From Pseudomonas phage LKA1, in the sequence record AM265639.1: DNA of 41,593 nucleotides. One strand, given 5' to 3'. The notes under the pieces are model-generated. The model saw nothing but the letters and a program-made list of their open reading frames with translations, did not search any database and was not told the DNA's origin. Below are positions 35,201-41,593 of this stretch, one piece after another. Position 1 is the stretch's first letter, and each line of letters begins with the position of its first letter. Made by a program: the position numbers and the translations under genes.

Positions 35201-35293
35201 CTTGCCGATTACATGCAGGCTGCGCGTACCGCCCTCCCGTTCGTGGGTGTGATGCCGGGTACTGCACTACTACAGAACGCATTGAAGGAGTAA
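32282..35293 (+). CDS. Large internal virion (core/ejection) protein, T7 gp16-like, 1003 aa
   Basis: GGAGG before ATG 32282. Size and position just upstream of the tail fibre gene. Confidence 0.7.
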   Translation: MANPTPPKIQLSPEEFAQVNAGAATSLTQDWSPVDQGLAGQIAEREQLLRAQPLELAVADAKRSTWDTWQAGLQETETAYLLRAYLDDRDEMFPRHDPNFDIKREYGDILRAHGIQDTDDNLTALAKATSSEEASWIATGIADKEAREAILARHGVVAFTTGMVDPLTILADIATFGGTRALKMGRLSSAIAGGSSAVAVSAMADYAGKDYEALDYAINFGVTAGAFALVGGRGLDGLRSQAGTPGAPGGMFSGLTNFLSETDKLISPSAESAAVLANVVDDPVRRAGILTNDNAASTFRVNSNILDGTFAKWTEGLEKTIAQREGLGTFSIKMDASGRYGEARDALERKVAEELARRDAEWTRFGAVADVRLDPDVKRLADEYEQMMTQGAELAKRQGLAGFEDFTPRPGYFHRAWSESKIRALEDAYGRKTVKNLLTESIVRGLRLTKKEAGLISTAILTRTRTKAAGLRPEFMGALGKTDTDAIRTMLVEAGTDDATIKSVMGRIEQNLDEAGKSKYSKTRLPLDMTVKITTPDGRTISVLDMIDTDLSRLAENYNQQMAGRSALSAAGVGGDDASIQALRGRYYDTLVNAKLTDADIDDRMLQFDHLMSDFTGNRPPGTVLGTTAQRAKSLAQSTMLAASGLWQVAEYGTLAYRHGAARTTAEFFKQFPGVAGLLRKAGRDPDLYDELSSVVGLDLARDVRVRPWLRQYEANLTSRDTLLDRVLYLGNQATPILNAMKFVHTHQVRLNANLTMNTIGRAAKGDRKALQMLREYGLDDTAWGKIKKAVDDNAEFNGKNVRSMNWDGWPQDAVDAALNVGARIMDDTILYGRSGQGSSFARSQLGQILGQFRSFVSFAHNKLLRGTIQNSGYTGLAVLLAHQYPLTMMMVAANELRKGESVDLESEAGLMTLASKAIGYTAGIGFIGDAAGIVGLTGGRGGLSAPVLGLANAPGSIVQGTGHLLQGEGSEALADYMQAARTALPFVGVMPGTALLQNALKE

Positions 35294-35298
35294 CAACC

Positions 35299-37608
35299 AT
35301 GGCGCAAACACCCAGTACATGGGCCGACTACGTAGGCGACGGCGTAGAGGATACGTTCCAAGTCACATTCCCGTACCAGAAGCAGCAAGAGGTGTTTGTG
35401 ACTGTGGGCGGCGATCCGGCAGCTTTCACATTCATCTCGGCAGGTTGGATTCAACTGGCAGCGGTCCCGGTAAATGGGGCCGCAATCCGTGTACGGCGCA
35501 GCACTGAGGCATTCGAGCCTCGGCACGAGTTCGCCAACGGCGTGCCATTACTGCCGCGATTCATAGACGAGAATAATACCCAGTTCTTGTACACTGTACA
35601 AGAGGCAGTGAATGAGACACATGGCATTGCTTCCGAAGCGCTGAGTGTCGCAGAGGAGGCCAGAGGCATTGCGCAGGCGGCATCGGATAAAGTGGATGCT
35701 GCCACCATTGACTCCGCACACCAGTTGCGTCTAGACCTCGCCGACCCGGCGAAGGGGCCTGGGCTGCTAGGCTACGACCGAGACGTAAGTTATCCGGTCG
35801 GGTCGGTCGGTCAAAGCCTACAGTTTCTGGAAATGGGTCGGGTCACACCAGCGCAATTTGGCGCCGTTGGTGATGGCGCCAGCCACCCCCTCTCTGAGCG
35901 ATACGCAACTCTAGCGGAAGCTCAGACTGTCTATCCGCATGCAGTCGCACTCTCCGACGAAATAGACTGGGCCGCATTGCAAGCTGCCGTGGATTCAGGG
36001 GCACCTGTACACATACCGTCTGGGGACTATCAGATAAATAGGGGGATTAGCAGTACGGGCTCTCTACAGATTGCGGGTGATGGCGCTACATCTATTATAC
36101 GCCCGACTGCTGCGTTCACTGGTACATCGGTCCTCAGTTGTGTGGGGAGCTTAGTTGCCTTGCCGAATATATCCTCCGTGTCGGCTGGGTCCCTAACCAT
36201 TGACTTTGCCAGCACCCCTAATCTTGTAGCGGGGGATGTATTCATCATCTACAACCCGACTGATAGCAGCTTCTCGGGATTTCGGACGAGCTATCGCGCA
36301 GGAGAGTTCTGTGAGGTCAGGGCGGTTTCTGGGAACACCGTGACAATCCGTTCCGCACTCTATGCCGCATACGACGGGGCTACTGTTGCTATTTACAAAG
36401 TAGTCTCTGGTGTAGTTGATATAGCTAGCATCCAAATCGTTGGCGGGACAGTCCCAATGAATGGACTGTTAGTGGAGGCTGTCGTTTCACCGCGCGTCGA
36501 TGACGTGACGGTCACCCTTGCAAACAACGCCGGTGTGTATTTTGCCCGCTGCTATGACGCTAAGATCACAAACAGTAATATATCGAACATCGGCGACGGT
36601 GGCGATGACTATGGAATCATCTTTGGGAACTGTCACGACGGTGGGGCAGACAACTGTAAAGTCTACGCTAGGCGACATGCCATCGCCACGGGCGGCGATG
36701 CAGAAGTAGGCTGCGTTCCGGTCCGTAATGTGCGTATGCGTAACTGCACACTTAGGAATGATATTACCTCTGGTACACACTGCGCAGACTTCCACGGTAA
36801 CGCCGAGGATTGCAGCTACGAAAACTGCACAATCTACGGTGGTGCAACTTGGCAGGGGAAGGATATCAGCTACAGACACTGTACAATCACTAACGCGTCG
36901 GGTGGTTGGATTGTTATATCCGCTGAGATTCTTGGTGGTACATTCCTTCTCGACCAATGCACATTGTACACAACCGGCGATCCGCAGCCTGGTAACCGTG
37001 GGGTTATAGATGTAGGTGGGAACTCCGCAGTCCTCACTACAAATACAACGCAACCCTGTAACTTCCTTATACAAGGCGGCAGTCTGCGAGCGCCCAGCTT
37101 AAGTACGTCTAGTTACCTACTGCGCGCACGTCTTGAGGGTAGTACAGTTCCAGTAAACATACAGTACAGCGGACAGGCTATTGATGTAGGCTCTCTGGGC
37201 AAGGTACTACAACTCGATATTACCTCGGGCAGTACCTCTCCTGAGTATTTGATCGTGGAGAATTTAGCGGGGTTGCCATCTGGCATCACGCTGGCGTCTG
37301 CTGCTGGTGGTTTCGCAAGTGCCCCGATGCGTATGCCTGTGCTGGGTGGTAGGGTTCAAGTAACTACGGCAACCAACGCGAGTAGCGTTACTGCTCCAGT
37401 AACGTTCAGGTACATTTATCCTAAGGCCCCAACCGTCCAGGTCACAAAGACGGACAGGAGCTACGCCGGTAACAGGGTCGGCGTTGCTATCGCCAATCCG
37501 ACCTCTGCGTCTGGGGCGACGTTGGGTCTGTTCACGGACGACGGGACAAACTTTAGCTCAGCCGTTACTAACCAGTTGAACTGGCAGGCAGGTATTTATG
37601 AGGTGTAA
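35299..37608 (+). CDS. Tailspike, probable polysaccharide depolymerase (T7 gp17-like N-terminal adaptor domain plus beta-helix), 769 aa
   Basis: The first ~130 aa (MAQTPSTWADYVGDGVEDTFQVTFPY ... RVRRSTEAFEPRHEFANG) resemble the T7 gp17 N-terminal domain. The rest has pectate-lyase-like repeats (NCTLRNDITSGTHCADFHGNAEDCSYENCTIYGG). Confidence 0.8.
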   Translation: MAQTPSTWADYVGDGVEDTFQVTFPYQKQQEVFVTVGGDPAAFTFISAGWIQLAAVPVNGAAIRVRRSTEAFEPRHEFANGVPLLPRFIDENNTQFLYTVQEAVNETHGIASEALSVAEEARGIAQAASDKVDAATIDSAHQLRLDLADPAKGPGLLGYDRDVSYPVGSVGQSLQFLEMGRVTPAQFGAVGDGASHPLSERYATLAEAQTVYPHAVALSDEIDWAALQAAVDSGAPVHIPSGDYQINRGISSTGSLQIAGDGATSIIRPTAAFTGTSVLSCVGSLVALPNISSVSAGSLTIDFASTPNLVAGDVFIIYNPTDSSFSGFRTSYRAGEFCEVRAVSGNTVTIRSALYAAYDGATVAIYKVVSGVVDIASIQIVGGTVPMNGLLVEAVVSPRVDDVTVTLANNAGVYFARCYDAKITNSNISNIGDGGDDYGIIFGNCHDGGADNCKVYARRHAIATGGDAEVGCVPVRNVRMRNCTLRNDITSGTHCADFHGNAEDCSYENCTIYGGATWQGKDISYRHCTITNASGGWIVISAEILGGTFLLDQCTLYTTGDPQPGNRGVIDVGGNSAVLTTNTTQPCNFLIQGGSLRAPSLSTSSYLLRARLEGSTVPVNIQYSGQAIDVGSLGKVLQLDITSGSTSPEYLIVENLAGLPSGITLASAAGGFASAPMRMPVLGGRVQVTTATNASSVTAPVTFRYIYPKAPTVQVTKTDRSYAGNRVGVAIANPTSASGATLGLFTDDGTNFSSAVTNQLNWQAGIYEV

Positions 37609-37610
37609 TT

Positions 37611-37904
37611 GTGAAAGCGACGAGTGAGGTTCTCGGGGAATTGCACAGCGCACTGGCGCAGCTTATGTTGGACGAGCTGCGCTGGTACAGAGAGCAGGAG
37701 CCACCCATTCCTTTGCCGGCGGCTGATAAGGCTGCTATCGCAAAATTCTTGAAGGATAACGCCATTACGTGCGATCCAGCATCGAGCGATGACCTAGAGG
37801 AGTTGCGCCAGCAGCTCCAGGGTAAACGTGAGGGTAACGTCACCCGCCTACGGACCAAGCTAGAGCTGGCCAAGGGCGACGTAGCAGCATTGTACGGAGC
37901 ATAA
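37611..37904 (+). CDS. Terminase small subunit (T7 gp18-like), 97 aa, GTG start
   Basis: GAGGTG before GTG 37611. LGELHSALAQLMLDEL resembles T7 gp18 LEMLDTAMAQRMLADL. Confidence 0.65.
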   Translation: MKATSEVLGELHSALAQLMLDELRWYREQEPPIPLPAADKAAIAKFLKDNAITCDPASSDDLEELRQQLQGKREGNVTRLRTKLELAKGDVAALYGA

Positions 37905-37907
37905 CCT

Positions 37908-39695
37908 ATGGATGTCCGCGAACGGTTTGAACGGGCGCAACTTGTCCGCGAGATGTACCCGGAGTTCGTGGACTTCTGCCGCGACGCAATGGAGTACCTC
38001 GGGTACAGCATGACCTGGATGCAGGAAGACATTGCAGAGTTCATGCAGTACGGTCCTCAGCGCTCTATGGTCGCCGCCCAACGGGGCGAGGCCAAGAGTA
38101 CCATTGCATGTCTGTTCGGCCTCTGGAACCTGGTGCAGGACCCCACGCATCGTGTGGTCCTCGTCTCCGGCGCCCAGGATAAGGCTGAGGAGAACGGCAA
38201 GCTCATGCACGGGCTGATCCACAACTGGCCGCTGTTGCAGTACCTTGCCCCGGATAAGTACGCCGGGGACCGGACCTCTGTGCTGGAGTTCGACGTGCAC
38301 TGGTCCTTGAAGGGTGTGGACAAGTCCGCATCTGTGAACTGTCTGGGTATCACCTCGTCCCTACAAGGGTATCGTGGCGACCTGTTGATCCCGGACGATA
38401 TCGAGACCACGAAGAACGGCCTCACCGCCACCGAGCGGGCGAAGCTCATCACGCTCTCGAAGGAGTTCACCTCTATTGTGGCCGACAGGAACGGTCGCAT
38501 CTTGTACCTGGGCACACCGCAAACGCGGGAGTCCATCTACAACACCCTGCCTGGCCGTGGCTTCACTGTCCGCGTATGGCCGGGACGATTCCCAAAAGCC
38601 AGCGAGCTGCCGAAGTACGGCGATGCGCTGGCGCCCAGCATTCTCGAAAGGATGGCGCTACTCGGCGACCGCTGCCAGACTGGCCGTGGCCTGGACGGTA
38701 CTCGTGGTTGGAGTACCGACCCTGAGCGGTACTCTGAGGAGGAGCTGTGCGATAAAGAGCTGGACCAGGGGCCTGAGACCTTTGAACTCCAGTTCATGTT
38801 GAACACCTCGCTCTCCGACGCTGCACGTCAGCAGTTGAAGCTCCGCGATCTGATCGTGGCCGACTTCTCACACGAGCAAGTACCGGAGAGCGTGTTCTGG
38901 GCAGCAGACCCAAGATTCAAGATCGACTTGCCGCAAGAGTTCCCTGTGCAGTCTGTGGAGATGTTCCGCCCAGCTAGCGTACATGAACACTTCGCGCAGA
39001 TCAAGTCGATGACCCTGTTCCTCGACCCTGCCGGTAACGGCGGGGATGAGCTAGCGTTTGCGATTGGCGGTGCTGTTGGGCCGTACATCCACGTCGTAGC
39101 CTGGGGCGGGTTCAAGGGCGGCGTCTCTGAAGACAACCTCGACAAGCTGGTTCAGTTGTGTAAGGACTTCGGGGTGAAGGTCGTCCTCGTAGAGAAGAAC
39201 ATGGGCGCAGGTACTGTGACCCAGCTCGTCCGTAACCACTTCCTGGGCATTGGCCCTGACGGTAAGCAGCGCCTCGCAGGCGTAGGTGTAGACGAGCGGC
39301 ATAAGACCGGGCAGAAGGAACTGCGGATCATCAACACGATCCGTCCAGTGATGCAGAAGCATCGCCTAGTGCTGCATCGCAGCGCCGTAGAGATGGACCT
39401 GGAGTTGCTCAAGCAGTACCCGTTGCAGCACCGCGATGTGCGCTCGGGTCTGTACCAGATGCACAACATCACCTCTGACCGAGGCTCCTTGACCAAGGAC
39501 GACCGATTGGATGCTCTTGAGGGTCTGGTGGCCGAACTCATGGGCTTCCTCGTGATCGACGAGGTGAAGGAACAACAGCGCCGCGATGCGGCAGTAGTGC
39601 AGGAGTTCCTGCGTAATCCAATGGGCACGGGGCCGGGTGTAGGCCGCCCACTCAAGTCGGGCCACCGCGTTATGCGAAAGAGGTTCGGGAGATGA
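37908..39695 (+). CDS. Terminase large subunit (T7 gp19-like), 595 aa
   Basis: Size, position and ATPase-like N-terminal region (VLVSGAQDKAEENGKL). ATGA coupling to the holin gene. Confidence 0.85.
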   Translation: MDVRERFERAQLVREMYPEFVDFCRDAMEYLGYSMTWMQEDIAEFMQYGPQRSMVAAQRGEAKSTIACLFGLWNLVQDPTHRVVLVSGAQDKAEENGKLMHGLIHNWPLLQYLAPDKYAGDRTSVLEFDVHWSLKGVDKSASVNCLGITSSLQGYRGDLLIPDDIETTKNGLTATERAKLITLSKEFTSIVADRNGRILYLGTPQTRESIYNTLPGRGFTVRVWPGRFPKASELPKYGDALAPSILERMALLGDRCQTGRGLDGTRGWSTDPERYSEEELCDKELDQGPETFELQFMLNTSLSDAARQQLKLRDLIVADFSHEQVPESVFWAADPRFKIDLPQEFPVQSVEMFRPASVHEHFAQIKSMTLFLDPAGNGGDELAFAIGGAVGPYIHVVAWGGFKGGVSEDNLDKLVQLCKDFGVKVVLVEKNMGAGTVTQLVRNHFLGIGPDGKQRLAGVGVDERHKTGQKELRIINTIRPVMQKHRLVLHRSAVEMDLELLKQYPLQHRDVRSGLYQMHNITSDRGSLTKDDRLDALEGLVAELMGFLVIDEVKEQQRRDAAVVQEFLRNPMGTGPGVGRPLKSGHRVMRKRFGR

Positions 39696-39895
39696 CAAAG
39701 ATGACTGACTTCAAGATCGACGCGGCGGTGCAGGCTAGCATGAACGTGCCTATCACCGGAGTGGCCGCAGCCACCATCCTAGGCTACACCGTGAGCGACT
39801 GGCTGGTGCTTGGTGCTGTGCTCTTGACGGTACTGCAACTGGGGTACATCGTGCGGAAGTGGTACCTGCTGGAGCGGGGTAAGACCGATGCGTAA
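39692..39895 (+). CDS. Holin (two-TM, pinholin-like), 67 aa
   Basis: Two hydrophobic helices (ITGVAAATILGYTV and WLVLGAVLLTVLQLGYIV) and a charged C-terminus. Immediately precedes the SAR endolysin. Confidence 0.7.
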   Translation: MTKMTDFKIDAAVQASMNVPITGVAAATILGYTVSDWLVLGAVLLTVLQLGYIVRKWYLLERGKTDA

Positions 39896-40439
39896 GTTCA
39901 AGGCAACCTTGACCGCTGCTGCCCTGGCCCTCGGCCTGGGTACTGGGGTCGTGTACAACGCAGCCGAGTTCATCGGTCCCAAGGAAGCCCTCCGCACCGT
40001 CCCGTACAAGGACGTCGGGGGCGTCACTACTTGGTGCTATGGTCAGACTGTGGGCACCCCAAAGGCCCGGTACACGGCCCAGGAGTGCGCTGAGGACCTG
40101 CTGAAGGCTGTCCAGGTGTACTGGGACGGCATCCGCCTGTACGTGCCCCAGGAGGCCCCACAGAGCGTTAAAGCGGCTATGGTCTCCGTGGCGTACAACG
40201 TCGGTGTATCCGGCTGGGCCTGGGAGCGGGACGAGCGGGGTCGCAAGGTCCCCTCTCGCTTCCGGGTAGCCCTGGCTGCACGCGACTGGGAAGCCACCTG
40301 CCACGCCATCCAGGCCCCGTGGCAGGGTAAGCACGGGGTAGCCCAAGGGTACAAGGCAACGGTGCAGGGTAAGCCTGTACGGGGCCTTGAGAACCGTCGC
40401 TGGGCTGAGTACCGACTGTGCATGGAGGACGTGCGATGA
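39888..40439 (+). CDS. SAR endolysin (lambdoid R21-like lysozyme), 183 aa
   Basis: N-terminal signal-anchor-release segment MRKFKATLTAAALALGLGTGVVY. The E...D...T triad region KEALRTVPYKDVGGVTTWCYGQT resembles P21 R21 (YKDIVGVWTVCHGHT). Confidence 0.8.
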   Translation: MRKFKATLTAAALALGLGTGVVYNAAEFIGPKEALRTVPYKDVGGVTTWCYGQTVGTPKARYTAQECAEDLLKAVQVYWDGIRLYVPQEAPQSVKAAMVSVAYNVGVSGWAWERDERGRKVPSRFRVALAARDWEATCHAIQAPWQGKHGVAQGYKATVQGKPVRGLENRRWAEYRLCMEDVR

Positions 40440-40726
40440 GGCTCACGGTAGCCCTGATCCTGGCCCTCGTTGTAGCGGTCGGAGCGGGCCTGTACGCTGC
40501 GCAGAAGGCGTGGCAGTACCATCGCACTGCCGAGAACCTAGCGTCGCAGCTAGAGGCCGCAGAGGCCCGAATTGGGCGTATTCAACAAGGGGTCCTGGCT
40601 GTCGAGACCAGGGCCACTGCCGTAGAACGAGAGGTGCGAGGTGCGCTGAATGAAGAACCTGCTTGGCGGGATGCTCCTGTGCCTCCTGCCGTTCGTAGCG
40701 AGCTGTGCAAGCAGCTCAAGTGCTGA
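40436..40726 (+). CDS. i-spanin (Rz), 96 aa
   Basis: N-terminal TM (LTVALILALVVAVGAGLY), coiled-coil periplasmic part, C-terminal Cys. ATGA coupling to the endolysin. Confidence 0.75.
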   Translation: MRLTVALILALVVAVGAGLYAAQKAWQYHRTAENLASQLEAAEARIGRIQQGVLAVETRATAVEREVRGALNEEPAWRDAPVPPAVRSELCKQLKC

Positions 40727-40847
40727 ACCCGTCCGCTGCCAGCATCCCGCTGTGCAACCGGACACCAACGCTGGACTGGTCCTCGGACTGCTGGCGTACC
40801 ACAAGGCCGTAGAACAGTGCAATGCGCTGAACGGCTTCATTGACTGA
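40650..40847 (+). CDS. o-spanin (Rz1), lipoprotein, 65 aa, in the +1 frame of Rz
   Basis: MKNLLGGMLLCLLPFVASC has the lipobox VASC. Pro-rich mature part with a C-terminal Cys. It starts inside Rz and ends 121 nt past the Rz stop. Confidence 0.7.
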   Translation: MKNLLGGMLLCLLPFVASCASSSSAEPVRCQHPAVQPDTNAGLVLGLLAYHKAVEQCNALNGFID

Positions 40848-40858
40848 AGGAGAAACAC

Positions 40859-41182
40859 ATGAGCATTACTTCCGCAACTGCTGCACAAGTCCTGACCGCC
40901 CGCGACAAAGCAGCCATCGCGCTGCCGTACCTCCAGCGCTTCGCTCAGGGTGATTGGGACCCGCAGAATCCTGCCTTGGGTGCGACCCTGGTCGCCGAGG
41001 TGGATGCTGCCTTGGATGCTGCCTTGTCGTCGTTGCGTACTGCCGGCGCTGTACTGCCGGCCACGGAGACTGTCGTGGTTAATGGGCAGGCCCTGACTGG
41101 TGTCGCCCCGACCGGCACCTACAGCACCACAGTGACCTTCACCGTTGCATCCGGCGCCATCACCGCTATCGCGTTGAGTTAA
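40859..41182 (+). CDS. Hypothetical protein, 107 aa, last gene
   Basis: GAAGGAGA before ATG 40859. Ala/Thr/Val-rich product. Position is equivalent to T7 gp19.5. Confidence 0.5.
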   Translation: MSITSATAAQVLTARDKAAIALPYLQRFAQGDWDPQNPALGATLVAEVDAALDAALSSLRTAGAVLPATETVVVNGQALTGVAPTGTYSTTVTFTVASGAITAIALS

Positions 41183-41295
41183 GGCTACGGCGTGCTCAGG
41201 GTGCTCCGGTCTTACCGGGCGCCTTGGGTGCGGGTGGTCTCAGGGTGGTGTGTTCTAACTGGCGGCTTGAATTTGCTGCAACCATCCGCCAGACC

Positions 41296-41593
41296 TCCCA
41301 CTACCGTGAAGGCCCGCGCGCCCCCATGCCCCTGCGTGCGCGTTTCTTCGCGTGCCTGCGCGGGGTACAGCTCGCGTGCGCTGTGCGTGCGTAGTTGCCT
41401 CGCGGGTACGCACCTGCGTCGAGAGGTTCGGGTGCACGGCGCGTGGAGAGGTTCTAGCGCGGTTCTACCTTCTGCGGCCTAGTAACCTGGTAGGCGGCCC
41501 GGTGGTTCCCTGGTGCGTTCCCTCCTCCCTTCCCTGGTACGGGTTCGGTTCCCTGGTGCGCCCTGGTGACTCTCCTCCTCCCTGGGGCTGCCT
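41296..41593. repeat. Right direct terminal repeat (DTR), 298 bp
   Basis: Exact copy of 1-298. The window ends on the last repeated base. Confidence 0.95.

Noticed and set aside
1-41593. Search for tRNA genes, CRISPR arrays, integrase or transposase, and lysogeny module
   Set aside because: No cloverleaf-compatible segments, no spaced direct-repeat arrays and no recombinase-like ORFs were seen. The organisation is that of a strictly lytic T7-like phage.

Overview
The window reads as a complete linear genome of a phiKMV-like podophage (T7 supergroup, Autographiviridae). It is visibly GC-rich (about 60% by eye, not computed). Every convincing gene is on the + strand. Bases 1-298 are repeated exactly at 41296-41593, so it has 298-bp direct terminal repeats. 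The left ~1 kb is non-coding and carries three good sigma70-type promoters. After it come small early genes, then a DNA-metabolism block: primase, DnaB-like helicase, ATP-dependent ligase, family-A DNA polymerase, FEN-like 5'-3' exonuclease, endonuclease VII and a DEDD exonuclease. An 811-aa single-subunit RNA polymerase sits at the end of that block (phiKMV-type position, not T7-type). The structural genes follow: portal, scaffold, capsid, a strong terminator, tail tubular A and B, three internal virion proteins (one with a C-terminal T4-lysozyme-like domain), and a beta-helix tailspike. Then come small and large terminase and a lysis cassette: two-TM holin, SAR endolysin, Rz, and Rz1 overlapping Rz and extending past its stop. 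From memory, and unverified, the length (41,593 bp) and the 298-bp repeat match Pseudomonas phage LKA1. No tRNA, CRISPR, integrase or transposase is visible. The things most worth a second look are: (i) four copies of a 22-27-bp T7-promoter-like motif, one of them leftward-facing next to the left terminal repeat and an AT-rich patch; (ii) four copies of a GCTGCACTCGCRGC hairpin element in intergenic gaps of the early region and upstream of the RNAP gene; (iii) a +1 change of coding frame with no stop between 7454 and 8175, just upstream of the primase gene; (iv) a tandem pair of paralogous early genes; and (v) several unusual gene overlaps and gene-junction repeats.
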